Notes: a model not told the origin generated them from the letters alone. 64,000 bases of DNA from an uncultured Candidatus Rokubacteria bacterium (GCA_963762145.1 CAVXJS010000011.1:288001-352000), one strand, 5' to 3'; counted from the stretch's first letter, positions 9,806-20,241 are shown. Program-made: numbers and translations.

Positions 9806-11000
9806 CTAGCGCGCCGGCGCGGGCGCGGCGGCGGGCGCGGAGGACGGGATGCGTCCCGGCAGCAGCGAGACGAAGAGCGTGGTGAGCGACGAGATGCCCG
9901 CCATCACCAGCAGCAGCGTGGTGAAGCCCGCCGCCTTGACCGTCGGCCCCAGCAGGTAGACCGCGAGCGCGCTGACCCCGAAGGAGACCGCGAGGCGCAT
10001 GCCGGCTACCCGGGAGCGCATCCGATCGTCCACGTACTGCACGATCATGGCGTCCACGAACGGGATGGCCCCGAACACGACCACCATGAACAGGAGCATG
10101 AGGGCGTAGAGTCGCCCAGCCCTCCGAGTGCGCGGCGAGGGCGAAGAGCGGGATCTGCATGGCCACGATCGGCAGGTAGACGTACTTGAGCGGGTAGCGA
10201 TCGATCAGCTTCCCGACCACGAGCTGGGCGAGCGAGGCGATCGCGTAGACCACCGCGAGCAGGATGCCGAGGGTGGCCGGATTGTCCACCAGGCCGCGGA
10301 GCCGCTCGGCCAGGAGCTGGTTGTTCCCGTTGGTGGTGAAGTTGAAGATCATGCTGCTCGACACCGCGGCCAGCGACATCACGAGGAAGATCCGCGCCAT
10401 GAGCGCGGGCGGCAGATCCACCTGGCGCCTGGGCTTCTTGGCGGGCGCGGTCTCCTCGCGCGGAACCACGAGCGCGAAGGTGATGCCGCACGCGATGGAG
10501 AGCAGGGATGGCACCGCGAAGGCCATGCGCCAGCCCGCTTGCTGGACCAGGAAGCCGGTCAGGATCGCCGCGAACGCGATGCCCAGGTTGCCCGCGAGCC
10601 CGTTGAGCCCGATGGTGAAGCCCGGACGCGTCGAGTTCTGCACGATCATCGGGATGCCAACCGGATGGTAGATGGAGGCGAACGCTCCCATGACGGTGAG
10701 CGCGACCGCGAGCTGCCAGGGCCGCTGGGCGGTCGCCACCACCAGCCCGGCCGCGCCGAGGCCGAGGAAGAAGATGATCATCATGGCGCGCCGACCCCAG
10801 AGGTCGCCCAGGCGGCCCGCGGGGAGCGAGCCCAGCCCGAACATGACGAAGGCTCCCACCGTGTAGGGCATCAGGTCCTGCCAGGCCATGCCCCACTGCA
10901 GCGCGATCGTCGACACCGCGGTGGCGAAGATCAGCAGGAAGAGGTGATCCATCGCGTGGCCGACGTTGAGGAGGAGCGCGGTGGGGCTCGTGTTCGACAT
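9806..11000 (-). CDS. MFS transporter (Fsr-like), one frameshift near 10110
   Basis: MSNTSPTALLLNVGHAMDH..., GRLGDLWGRR, YHPVG; the C-terminus continues in ORF 9806..10099. Confidence 0.8.
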
Positions 11001-11144
11001 GGGGCCTTTGGTCTCCGCTACGTTGCGGGATGGCAGCGCTTGGCGTAGAGCATACCGTAGGGCGCGGCCCGACGCGCGGTCATTTGGCGGGACCGCCGGA
11101 CGCGCCGGCTTGACGCCGCGTGACGGGGCCGCGATACTCCCTGC

Positions 11145-11726
11145 ATGCTCGGCGACGACGGCCTCGACCTGCTCTTCCGCGACGCGCGCACCCACAAGGC
11201 ATGGCTCGACCGGCCGGTGCCGGAGGAGCTGCTGCGCCGGGTCTACGACCTGGCGCGGCTCGGGCCCACCAGCGCCAACTGCAGCCCGATGCGCCTGCTC
11301 TTCGTGACGTCCCGCGAGGCCAAGGAGCGCCTGCGGCCCGCGCTCACGCCGGGCAACGTGGACAAGACCATGCAGGCGCCGGTGACCGCGATCGTCGGCC
11401 ACGCGGTGGAGTTCTACGACGAGCTGCCGCGCCTGTTCCCGGCCGCCGACATGCGCGCCAACTTCGTGGGCAAGCCCGAGTTCGCCGCCGCGACCGCGTT
11501 CCGCAACGGCAGCCTCCAGGGCGCCTACCTCATGCTGGCCGCGCGCGCCCTCGGCCTCGACTGCGGGGCGATGTCCGGCTTCGACAACGCCAAGGTGGAC
11601 GCCGCGTTCTTTCCCGACGGGCGAGTGAAGTCGAACTTCCTGTGCAACCTGGGTCACGGTGACGCGAGCAAGCTCACTCCGCGCGGGCCGCGCCTGTCGT
11701 TCGACGAGGCCTGCCGCATCCTGTAG
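11145..11726 (+). CDS. rutE: Nitroreductase family, malonic semialdehyde reductase RutE-like
   Basis: [50 protein letters not shown]. Confidence 0.85.
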   Translation: MLGDDGLDLLFRDARTHKAWLDRPVPEELLRRVYDLARLGPTSANCSPMRLLFVTSREAKERLRPALTPGNVDKTMQAPVTAIVGHAVEFYDELPRLFPAADMRANFVGKPEFAAATAFRNGSLQGAYLMLAARALGLDCGAMSGFDNAKVDAAFFPDGRVKSNFLCNLGHGDASKLTPRGPRLSFDEACRIL

Positions 11727-11741
11727 GAGGACGATCCGATC

Positions 11742-14057
11742 ATGGCATCCAAGCTCCTCGGAGCCCACGTCAAGCGCAAGGAAGACCCGCGCCTGATCAC
11801 CGGCGTGTCGCAGTACGTGGCCGACATCGCGATGCCGGGCCTGCAGCACGTGGCCTTCGTGCGGAGCCCGCACGCGCACGCGCGCGTCCGGGGGATCAAG
11901 CACGCGGCCGCCGCGAAGGTGCCGGGGGTGGTGGCGGTGGTGACCGGCCAGGATCTCAAGGCCCACTTCGCGCCGATCCCGGTCGCGACCGCGTCGGCCG
12001 AGGGCGGCGCGGCGGGCGAGATCAAGCTCGGGCGCCAGCACTACCCGCTCTCGCTGGATCGCGTGCGCTACGTGGGCGAGCCGGTGGCCGCGGTGATCGG
12101 CCTCTCGCCCGAGGCCGCGACGGACGCGGCCGCCCTCGTCGAGGTGGACTGGGAGCCGCTGCCCGCGGTGGCCGATCCGTTCGCCGCGATGGCGGACGGG
12201 GCGCCCCAGCTCTTCGACGACGCGCCGAAGAACATCGAGCACACCAACATCATCAAGGCGGGCGACCCCGACGCGGCGTTCGCCAAGGCGCACCGGGTGG
12301 TCAAGCAGCGGATGAACAGCCAGCGGCTCTCCGGCATCCCGATGGAGACGCGTGCGGTGCTCGCCGCGCCCGACTTCGCGAGCGGCGGGCTCACGGTGTG
12401 GGCGACCCACCAGGCCCCCCACGTGCTCCGGGGCGGGCTGGCCGACGCGCTCCGCATGCCCCAGAACCAGATCCGGGTGATCTGCCCGGAGGTCGGCGGG
12501 GGCTTCGGGGTGAAGTTCGGCACGTATCCCGAGGACGTGACCGTCGCCGCGCTCGCGAAGCTGCGGCGCGTTCCGCTGCGCTGGATCGAGAGCCGGGTCG
12601 AGCACATGACCGGCACCACCCACGGCCGCGCCCAGATGACCGACCTGGAGGCCGCGGTGGACGCGGAGGGTCGCATCGACGGCCTGCGCATGCACGTGGT
12701 GGCCGACATCGGGGCCTACCCGATCTTCACGTTCATCCCCGATCTCACCCTGATGATGGGCGTCGGCGTGTATCACGTGAAGAACGTGGAGCTCAAGAGC
12801 ACGTGCGTGTTCACCAACACCACGTCGGTGGCGGCCTACCGCGGCGCGGGCCGGCCCGAGGCCGCCTACTACCTCGAGCGGCTGGTGGACTGCATCGCGC
12901 TGGAGCTGGGCAGGCCGCCGGAGGAGGTCCGGCGGGTCAACTTCATCCCGCCGGGCGCGTTCCCCTACGCCGCGCCCACCGGACAGAACTACGACAGCGG
13001 CGAGTACGCCCGCGCGCTGGCCAAGAGCCTCGAGGTGTCGAAGTACACCGCCCTCCGCGCCGAGCAGCGCAAGCGGATCGAAACCAACGACCGCAAGTTG
13101 CTCGGCATCGGCATGGCCTGCTACGTCGAGATGTGTGGCTTCGGACCTTACGAGAGCGCGATGATCCGGGTGGAGCCGAGCGGCACGGTGACCGCCTACA
13201 CCGGCGCGTCCGCGCACGGGCAGGGGCACGAGACCACGTTCGCCCAGCTCATCGCGGACTACCTGGGGGTGGACTTCGATCAGGTGATCGTGCGCCACGG
13301 CGACACCACCGGCGCGCCGATGGGCTTCGGCACCGGCGGCAGCCGCAGCCTGGTGGTCGGCGGCTCGGCGATGGTGAAGGCGGCCGAGAAGGTGCAGGAG
13401 CGCGCCCGCCGCATCGCGGCCGCGGATCTCGAGGCGGCGTTCGAGGACGTGGTGGTCACGGACGGGCGCTACCACGTCAAGGGCTCGCCGGCCAAGAGCC
13501 TGACCCTGGCCAAAATCGCGGAGAAGGCCTACGGCGAGGGGCTGCCCGCCGGGATGGAGCCGGGGCTCGAGGCCACCGAGTACTTCCGCCCGCCGCAGCT
13601 CGTCTATCCCTTCGGCGCGCACGTGGCGGTGGTGGAGGTGGAGCGCGACACCGGCCGGGTCACGCTACGCGATTTCATCTCGGTCGACGACTGCGGCGTG
13701 CGCGTCAGCCCGCTCCTGGTGGACGGGCAGGTGCACGGCGGCATCGCGCAGGGCGTCGCCCAGTCGCTGCTCGAGGAAGTGGTCTACAGCGAGGACGGCC
13801 AGCTGGTGACCGGCTCGCTCATGGACTACGCGGTGCCGCGCGCGGAGGACGTGCCGTTCTTCACGACCGAGCAGACCGTCACGCCCTCGCCCTTCAACCC
13901 GCTGGGCGCGAAGGGCATCGGCGAGGCGGCCACGATCGGCTCCACGCCCGCGGTGGTCAACGCGGTGGTGGACGCGTTGAAGCCCTTCGGCGTGCGCCAT
14001 CTCGACATGCCCCTCCGCCCCGAGCGGGTGTGGCGGGCGATGCAGAAGGCCAGCTAG
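11742..14057 (+). CDS. Xanthine dehydrogenase family molybdopterin-binding large subunit (form II CoxL-like)
   Basis: KRKEDPRLITG, VGGGFG, AYRGAGRPE, HGQGHET, GAKGIGE motifs. Confidence 0.92.
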   Translation: MASKLLGAHVKRKEDPRLITGVSQYVADIAMPGLQHVAFVRSPHAHARVRGIKHAAAAKVPGVVAVVTGQDLKAHFAPIPVATASAEGGAAGEIKLGRQHYPLSLDRVRYVGEPVAAVIGLSPEAATDAAALVEVDWEPLPAVADPFAAMADGAPQLFDDAPKNIEHTNIIKAGDPDAAFAKAHRVVKQRMNSQRLSGIPMETRAVLAAPDFASGGLTVWATHQAPHVLRGGLADALRMPQNQIRVICPEVGGGFGVKFGTYPEDVTVAALAKLRRVPLRWIESRVEHMTGTTHGRAQMTDLEAAVDAEGRIDGLRMHVVADIGAYPIFTFIPDLTLMMGVGVYHVKNVELKSTCVFTNTTSVAAYRGAGRPEAAYYLERLVDCIALELGRPPEEVRRVNFIPPGAFPYAAPTGQNYDSGEYARALAKSLEVSKYTALRAEQRKRIETNDRKLLGIGMACYVEMCGFGPYESAMIRVEPSGTVTAYTGASAHGQGHETTFAQLIADYLGVDFDQVIVRHGDTTGAPMGFGTGGSRSLVVGGSAMVKAAEKVQERARRIAAADLEAAFEDVVVTDGRYHVKGSPAKSLTLAKIAEKAYGEGLPAGMEPGLEATEYFRPPQLVYPFGAHVAVVEVERDTGRVTLRDFISVDDCGVRVSPLLVDGQVHGGIAQGVAQSLLEEVVYSEDGQLVTGSLMDYAVPRAEDVPFFTTEQTVTPSPFNPLGAKGIGEAATIGSTPAVVNAVVDALKPFGVRHLDMPLRPERVWRAMQKAS

Positions 14058-15049
14058 GGCTTTCGCGCGACCAGGACCTTCGTGATCGTGGGAATGACGT
14101 CTCGAACCGAGATGTCGGTGAAGCCACGTTCGCGGACGACTTGTGAGAGCCCGCCCGGGGTGAGGGCGGGAGCGTCGGGGTCCATGAGCATCGCCGCGAG
14201 CAGCCACAGCGCGGCCGAGGCGGGACCCGTGCGGTCATCCTCGACCATGAAGTCGTGCAGGATGAGCACGCCGCCGGGCGCGAGCGCACTCAGGGCGCGG
14301 GTGATCAGGCTCCGGCCTTCCTGCTCGGCGACCGCGCTCAGCAAGTACGACATCAGGACCGCGTCCTGCCGGTCCGGCCACGGGCTCGTCAAGGCGTTCC
14401 CCGGCTGAAAGGTCACGCGATCGGCGAGGCCCGCGTCCGCCGCGACCCGCTCCGCCATCGGGCGGATGCTCGGGAAGTCGATGATCGTCGAGGTGATCGT
14501 CCGATAGCGGCGGCACAGCGATAGCGTGAACGCGCCGGTTCCTCCACCGACGTCGAGGAGCCGTTCACGCCCGGTCAGATCCACCAGCTTGGTCAGCACG
14601 TGGGCCGGACCCAGCGACCCCGAATGCTGCGCCCGGCTGAAGCTGTCGGCCTCGGCCCCGTCGTCCATCAACTTGTAAAAATCGACGCGATCCCCTCGCA
14701 GAGCGCGATCGAGATGCAGGAACGCGGGGTAGATCTGCCGGTCGATCTGGAAGCGGTAGTAGTCGCCGAAGTACATCGGAGCCGTGCGAACCAGGTACGC
14801 CTGACTCGCGGGCGCGTTCCGGTAGCGCCCGTCGTCCTGCTCGAGCAGGCCGAGGCTGACGCAGGCGGTCAGCAGGGTGCGCAGGCGGTTCGGGGCGACC
14901 TCGGTCTCGGAGGCCAGCTCATCGAGCGGCTTCGGGCCGCTCGCCAGACGGCTGAACACGTCGAGATTCAGGGCCCCGAACAGCGCTTTCGCGGCCATGA
15001 ACCCGTAGGCGATACGGGAAATGTCGCGGACATCCGTGAGGGGTTCCAT
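14054..15049 (-). CDS. O-methyltransferase (Methyltransf_2 with dimerisation domain)
   Basis: N-terminal winged-helix region, YRNAP, LLDVGGGTG, LAPGG motifs. Confidence 0.85.
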   Translation of the reverse strand: MEPLTDVRDISRIAYGFMAAKALFGALNLDVFSRLASGPKPLDELASETEVAPNRLRTLLTACVSLGLLEQDDGRYRNAPASQAYLVRTAPMYFGDYYRFQIDRQIYPAFLHLDRALRGDRVDFYKLMDDGAEADSFSRAQHSGSLGPAHVLTKLVDLTGRERLLDVGGGTGAFTLSLCRRYRTITSTIIDFPSIRPMAERVAADAGLADRVTFQPGNALTSPWPDRQDAVLMSYLLSAVAEQEGRSLITRALSALAPGGVLILHDFMVEDDRTGPASAALWLLAAMLMDPDAPALTPGGLSQVVRERGFTDISVRDVIPTITKVLVARKP

Positions 15050-15079
15050 GGGCGTGCCGTGCGGGCGGGAGTATAGCAC

Positions 15080-15940
15080 TCACGGCGGCGCGGGCGGGCC
15101 GGACGGCTGCAGCATGAGCGTCGGGACGCCGCAGGTCCCGTCGCGCACTGTGAACACGTGCGTGCCCGGCTTGCGGCCGGGGCGCGTCTCCGAGACATCG
15201 AGGCCGGCGTCCCGCAGGCGGGTGGCCGCCGCCGACGGCTCGTCCGTCCGCCAGGACAGGCCCCAGAGGCGGTCCGGACCGGCGGACACCCCGGCCCGCA
15301 GATCGTGGGCCAGCTCCACGATGAGGTCCCCGCAGCGGAAGAACATGAGCCGCGCGCCCCACGCCGGATTCGACCGGTCGAGGCGCATGTCGAGCCCCAG
15401 GCGCGCGCCGTAGAGCGCGGTGGCCCGCTCGGGATCAGGGGTGCGGATCACGACGTGATCCAGTCCGGTCACCCCGCCGGGCGCGGCGGGAGGCGCGGCG
15501 GGCAGCGGCGCGTCGCGCTGGATCAGGAAGACGCGCACGCCGTGGGTTGCCGCCGTCGCGGCCCGGGTGCGGCGCCAGCGGCGTCGCGCGCCGGTCGCCC
15601 GGTCCAGGCTCTCCGCGGCGGCGACCGGCTCGGGATCGAGGCCGAGCCGGGTGAGCCGGCGGTGGGCGCGCTCGATGTCGTCCACCGCGAAGGCCAGGCT
15701 CGCGAGCCCTTCGCCTTGCGCGTCGAGGACGGCACGCAGGCGCTCCGCGCCCGGGCCACCGCCCGCGGGCGCGATCAGCTCCGCGGCGACGTTGGCGAGC
15801 TGGAAGACCGCGGTCTCAGCGAAGCCGCCGGCCGCCTCCGCCCGCCAGCACGGGGGTCGGCCGAGGAGGCGTTGATACGCCGCGATCGCCGCGTCGAGAT
15901 CGCGCACCGCGATGACCACGTGATCGAGCGCGGTGATCAT
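15080..15940 (-). CDS. VOC/glyoxalase family protein (two VOC domains)
   Basis: LDHVVIAVRD and LDHVVIRTPD repeats. Confidence 0.85.
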   Translation of the reverse strand: MITALDHVVIAVRDLDAAIAAYQRLLGRPPCWRAEAAGGFAETAVFQLANVAAELIAPAGGGPGAERLRAVLDAQGEGLASLAFAVDDIERAHRRLTRLGLDPEPVAAAESLDRATGARRRWRRTRAATAATHGVRVFLIQRDAPLPAAPPAAPGGVTGLDHVVIRTPDPERATALYGARLGLDMRLDRSNPAWGARLMFFRCGDLIVELAHDLRAGVSAGPDRLWGLSWRTDEPSAAATRLRDAGLDVSETRPGRKPGTHVFTVRDGTCGVPTLMLQPSGPPAPP

Positions 15941-16001
15941 GCGACGGCCTTGTCGCGTGGGGCGGTGGCGGGCACGGTGCGGAAAGTGTAGCATCGTGAC
16001 G

Positions 16002-16824
16002 ATGAGCGAGCTGATTTCTGCCGCTGATCCGCATCCGCGTCGCCGGGTGAAGACGCTCGACACCGAGATGGCCTACGTGGACGTGGGCGCGGGCGATCCG
16101 GTGGTGTTCCTCCACGGCAACCCGACCTCGTCCTATCTCTGGCGCAACGTCATCCCGCACGTCGCGGCGCTCGGCCGCTGCCTGGCTCCCGATCTGGTCG
16201 GCATGGGCGACTCGGGCCGCGCGCCCGCCGGCTCCTACCGGTTCGTGGACCACGCGCGCTATCTCGACGCCTGGTTCGACGCGATCGTCCCGGCGCGCGC
16301 CGTGACGCTGGTCGTGCACGACTGGGGCTCGGCGCTCGGGTTCGACTGGGCGCGGCGCCATCCCGAGCGGGTGCGCGGCGTGGTGTACATGGAGGCGCTC
16401 GTCCGGCCGGTGACGTGGGACGAGTGGCCGGAGCCGGCGCGGAAGATCTTCCAGGCCCTGCGGTCGCCGGGCGGCGAGGAGATGGTGCTCCAGAAGAACG
16501 TGTTCGTGGAGCGGATCCTGCCCTTGAGCGTGCTGCGCGGTCTGACCGACGCCGAGATGACCGTGTATCGCCGCCCCTACCTCGAGCCGGGCGAGTCACG
16601 CCGCCCGACGCTCACCTGGCCGCGCCAGATCCCGATCGCCGGCGAGCCCGCCGACGTCGTGGCCATCGCCGACGCCTATGCCGGGTGGCTGGCCGCGGCG
16701 GCCGAGTTGCCGAAGCTCTTCGTCAACGCCGATCCGGGCGTCATCCTGACCGGCCCCCAGCGCGAGTTCTGCCGACGGTGGCCGAACCAGCAGGAGATCA
16801 CGGTGCGGGGGAGCCACTTCATCC
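16002..16824 (+). pseudogene. dhaA: Haloalkane dehalogenase, 5' part (interrupted by island)
   Basis: FLHGNPTSSYLWRN, APDLVGMG, VHDWGSALG, YMEA, RRPTLTWPRQIP, GSHFI; similarity stops abruptly after HFI. Confidence 0.9.
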
Positions 16825-16853
16825 GCAAGTACTCCGGGCGAGGGAGAAGCGAC

Positions 16854-17024
16854 ATGAAGCCCTGGATGATCTGGCCGATGGCAGCGGTCTATGCGCTCTT
16901 CTACGATGCGCGACCGGAGACTTGGGGAGCGTACCTCGGTGCCGTCGTCGTCGCGTTCCTCGCTCTCCTGCCGCCGTTCGCGCTTGGCTATGCCGCAGCG
17001 AAGAATCAGAAGCCGCCCATTTAG
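16854..17024 (+). CDS. Small membrane protein (56 aa), in frame with the dhaA 5' part
   Basis: GGGAGA RBS then ATG; hydrophobic AYLGAVVVAFLALLPPFALGY segment. Confidence 0.45.
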   Translation: MKPWMIWPMAAVYALFYDARPETWGAYLGAVVVAFLALLPPFALGYAAAKNQKPPI

Positions 17025-17124
17025 ACGTTCCACCAGCCGCGCTCGACCAGCCGGTGTCAAGCCCACTATCGGGAACGCCAATAAATCCTTGAAGTCATAT
17101 CGTCACCCTCGATAAATTACGGCT

Positions 17125-17430
17125 ATGTTGCGACTCCGAGACGTCAAGGGCGGACTAAGGCGGAGGATTTGGCCGCCGAGTGGTTTACCGCGCGAAGCCC
17201 GCAACCACGGAACGCTGGTCGGCGTGCGTCGCATGGGGGACCGCTTGGGGTTGACGATCCTCTATCACGAACGCGACTACACAGGGTGGCTTGACGAGTG
17301 GGACTCGCCCCCGACCATTGACCAAGTGGAAGCCCTGCTCATGTCAATGCTCGGCAAGACGATTCACGCACTGGGTGAGGCGTGGATAGACGAGGACGCT
17401 CCAACCGTCGTCGATGAGCTAGGGTTCTGA
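17125..17430 (+). CDS. Hypothetical protein
   Basis: 101-aa ORF with TAAATT 6 nt upstream of ATG; acidic C-terminus. Confidence 0.55.
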   Translation: MLRLRDVKGGLRRRIWPPSGLPREARNHGTLVGVRRMGDRLGLTILYHERDYTGWLDEWDSPPTIDQVEALLMSMLGKTIHALGEAWIDEDAPTVVDELGF

Positions 17431-17504
17431 ACGCATGGACCCTGCCTCGGCGCGCATTACCGACACCCGCCAACGACGTAGTGAGACACGCGCTCGGCGA
17501 CGCG

Positions 17505-17732
17505 CTAGATTGAGCGCGGATGTTGCGGTCGGGCGGCCTGCGCTCGGCGGCGGTAGTCGTCGCGGCTCTCGATCTTGACAACGTGGGTGCCCTTCTCGCG
17601 CCCATGTTCCGCCGCGAGTAGTTGCGCTTGTACGTCAGTCTCGGTGTAGCCGCGCCACCGGCCACAACTGCATGTCACCCACCAGCGGTCCGTCGTGCTG
17701 CTCGACTTGGTCAGCCGCCAGCGGTGTGCCAT
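17505..17732 (-). CDS. Small hypothetical protein with CxC...H motif (phage-like)
   Basis: MAHRWRL...WWVTCSCGRW...AAEH; TACCTT 7 nt upstream of ATG 17732. Confidence 0.5.
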   Translation of the reverse strand: MAHRWRLTKSSSTTDRWWVTCSCGRWRGYTETDVQAQLLAAEHGREKGTHVVKIESRDDYRRRAQAARPQHPRSI

Positions 17733-17819
17733 GCGGGCCAAGGTAGTCCCCGTCGAGTAAAAAACTAGTAAAGATCGACGAGGCCCCGCCCGGGGCTACG
17801 GCTTCTTCGGGCCCTAGTT

Positions 17820-18987
17820 TGTCCTGAGCCGGATTAGTGTTGACACTTGTGACCAGAAACAGTGAGGGCCATCTGGCCTATCGTTCCCAGAGTGAACCAC
17901 CCCCTGCCAGGGGAACCACTTTGGGAGGATCGACCGATGACCCTCGAGGAGAAAGTACACGGACTGCGGCTGCATGTCATCCAGCGGGCGGAGGAGTTGG
18001 GCAATGTCAGTCGGGCCGGCCGGGAGGCGGGGATCTCCCGCGCCCTGTTCTACCGCTGGCGTCAGCGGTTGGAGCGCTACGGCCAGGACGGGGTGCATCC
18101 GCGGCGGCATCGGGCCCGCCCCGGCCGACCGGTGCAGCTGGCCCCGGAGACGGAGCGGCTGCTGCTGAGCGTGGCGGTCAGCGCGGCGACGTGGGGCGCG
18201 AGTCGGATCGCCGCTTACCTGCGCCATCGCTGGCAGCTGCGCGTGGCACCCAGCACGGTGCAGCGTGCCCTGCGGCGGGCCGGGCTGGCGACCCGCCGGC
18301 AGCGGCTGACCGTGCTCGAGCACCGCGCCCTGCAGACGGCGGGGTTGCTGACCGAGCGGACGCGCAGCACCCTGTGGCAGGCGCAGCACGGCCAGCCGCG
18401 TCACGTCGCCGCCCGCGAGCCCGGCGAGCTGGTGTGCGTGGACACCTTCTACATTGGGCAGCTCAAAGGCGTGGGCAAGGTCTGGCAGATCACGGCCTGC
18501 GACGCCGCGTGCTCCTACGGCGTCGCGTGGTTGCTGCCAGCCCACAACGCCGAGGCGGCCGCTCACTTCGTGCGTCGCATCTTGGTGCCCCTGTATCGCC
18601 GGGCGGGCTGGCGGCTGCGCCGCCTGCTCACCGACGGCGGCCCCGAGTTCAAGGGGGCGTTCGATGACGCCTGCCGGACGCTCGGCCTCCGCCACACCCG
18701 AACGAAGCCGCGGCACGCGTGGACGAACGGGTTCGTCGAGCGGCTGCAAGGCACGATCTTGCAGGAGCATTGGCGCGTGGCCTTCCGTCGGCGCTACTTC
18801 ACGAGTCGAACGGCGCTCCAACGAAGCCTCGATGGGTTCATGCAGTCCTACAATCACGAGCGGCCCCATCAAGGCTACCGGGTCCGTGGCCGCACCCCCG
18901 CCGCGCTCTTCTGGGGCGCCGCTCGGGCCTGACCGCATGTCGCACTCTGGGGTGGCCAAGGTGTCTACACCATTCCGGGTCTGGACA
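17820..18987 (+). mobile_element. IS481-family insertion sequence, complete
   Basis: TGT...ACA ends; IRL TGTCCTGAGCCGGATTAGTGTTGACAC vs IRR(rc) TGTCCAGACCCGGAATGGTGTAGACAC; 8-bp target duplication CCCTAGTT at 17812-17819 and 18988-18995. Confidence 0.93.
17937..18932 (+). CDS. IS481-family DDE transposase
   Basis: N-terminal HTH (GISRALFYRW), PGELVCVD, LTDGGPEF, TNGFVER, YNHERPHQG. Confidence 0.93.
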   Translation: MTLEEKVHGLRLHVIQRAEELGNVSRAGREAGISRALFYRWRQRLERYGQDGVHPRRHRARPGRPVQLAPETERLLLSVAVSAATWGASRIAAYLRHRWQLRVAPSTVQRALRRAGLATRRQRLTVLEHRALQTAGLLTERTRSTLWQAQHGQPRHVAAREPGELVCVDTFYIGQLKGVGKVWQITACDAACSYGVAWLLPAHNAEAAAHFVRRILVPLYRRAGWRLRRLLTDGGPEFKGAFDDACRTLGLRHTRTKPRHAWTNGFVERLQGTILQEHWRVAFRRRYFTSRTALQRSLDGFMQSYNHERPHQGYRVRGRTPAALFWGAARA

Positions 18988-19420
18988 CCCTAGTTCAGCG
19001 TGAGTTGTTGACCGCTGGCCCACGATCCGGCCCGCTCCGCACGAGGTAGGTCGAGAGCGTGTCGAGCTTGGGCCGTCTTGTTGCGGTACCGGGTAGAAAT
19101 GCCGCATCATCACTCGGTCAAAGGTTCTGAGCCGCCAGCCAATCCTCTGAAGCCTCCAGCCAAGAGTTCGAAATATCTAGCCTAATTCCGTGGCATGTCG
19201 GTTGCTCTTCACATGTCGGCGCTTCGATCTCGGCTTGTAAGGAGGAGATCATGCCCTGCATTCGGTGCGGCAGGATTACGGTGAAATTGTGTACTTGCTC
19301 AATCGAGCAGGCGAGGGAAGCGCTCTCGAGCTGGTCGAAGGTGGAGCTCCAACAGGCAATCAACACGTTAAGGAAGATCTTGAACTCCAAGCAGACTGAG
19401 GCACCAAGCAGGCAGTAAAA

Positions 19421-19460
19421 GCCCGAGGGGGGACCGCTCGTTGGTCCCTCCCCCTCGGGC
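19421..19460 (-). terminator. GC-rich hairpin followed by TTTT on the minus strand, possible intrinsic terminator
   Basis: GCCCGAGGGG..GGACC / GGTCC..CCCCTCGGGC stem, preceded by AAAA on the plus strand. Confidence 0.4.
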
Positions 19461-19575
19461 GATTTGCCGGGCGTGCCGGCTGTCGGTGAATCTTACCCCT
19501 GATCCCGACCACCACTGGGGTCTACTGGCTGACGCACCCCGATCAACAAACTGCCGCTCCGGGCGAGGTAGAAAA

Positions 19576-19893
19576 TTGGACTACACTCAGCGCGGGGTGC
19601 TCGATGCACAGATGCGGGTCACCGAGCGACTAGGCCGCATTCTGGCCGAGCACGGGATGGTGCTCGACCCCGGCTCGCCACTCTGGTTCGACGGGCGCCT
19701 CGAGCTCCCGACGCCTGGCGAGCCGTGGACGATGAAGCTTTCGTGTCGTGGGGCTACGGCGTCGGTCGAGTTCACCCCGGCCGAACTCGAAGCGTTCCTC
19801 GAGGTGCGCCCGCCCGAGATTGTTTCGGAGAAGCTCCGCCGAGCTGTTGACGCGATAAAGCCGCCCAAGCCCCAAGAGCGCGGGCTGGCCTAA
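19576..19893 (+). CDS. Hypothetical protein
   Basis: GAGG upstream of TTG; coding-like 3' part of ORF 19441..19893; start uncertain. Confidence 0.5.
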   Translation: MDYTQRGVLDAQMRVTERLGRILAEHGMVLDPGSPLWFDGRLELPTPGEPWTMKLSCRGATASVEFTPAELEAFLEVRPPEIVSEKLRRAVDAIKPPKPQERGLA

Positions 19894-19983
19894 GGGCGTG
19901 CACTACCACGTCGCGAGTTCGTCTTCTCGGCCCGAGCAGCGACCAACTGCGGGACTGTCCCGTATGGTACAGTCCCGTACCCC

Positions 19984-20223
19984 ATGGACGAGGCCTCTCG
20001 GCGGATCACCGACAAGCTGTGGCGGGGCATCCTTCCGACCGACGATTCTGTCAAGACGTGGGGCGGCTACGGCACCGGTCTGACATGCGCCGGATGCGAC
20101 GCGCCCATCACGTCGAGCGAGCCGGAACACGAGGAGGAGATGTCGGACGGGCGCACACTCCGCTTCCACGTCGCCTGCGACGGGCTCTGGAGGGTCTTGA
20201 AGCAGGCGCTGCCCGAGTCGTAG
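19984..20223 (+). CDS. Small putative zinc-binding protein (CxxC...HxxC)
   Basis: GTGLTCAGCDAPI...RFHVACDGLW; extended -10 TGgTACAGT upstream. Confidence 0.7.
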   Translation: MDEASRRITDKLWRGILPTDDSVKTWGGYGTGLTCAGCDAPITSSEPEHEEEMSDGRTLRFHVACDGLWRVLKQALPES

Positions 20224-20241
20224 CCAACAGGGAGTAGATGG

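Noticed and set aside
9300-13622. 1440-aa minus-strand ORF as a giant fusion protein
   Set aside because: It is antisense shadow of coxL/rutE joined by chance and an indel to the real MFS and MaoC genes.
11742-14057. Bona fide aerobic CO dehydrogenase
   Set aside because: It has AYRGAGR (form II) rather than AYXCSFR, and no cox accessory genes.
19118-19390. 90-aa minus-strand ORF
   Set aside because: No motif, atypical codon usage and no RBS; cannot be supported as a gene.
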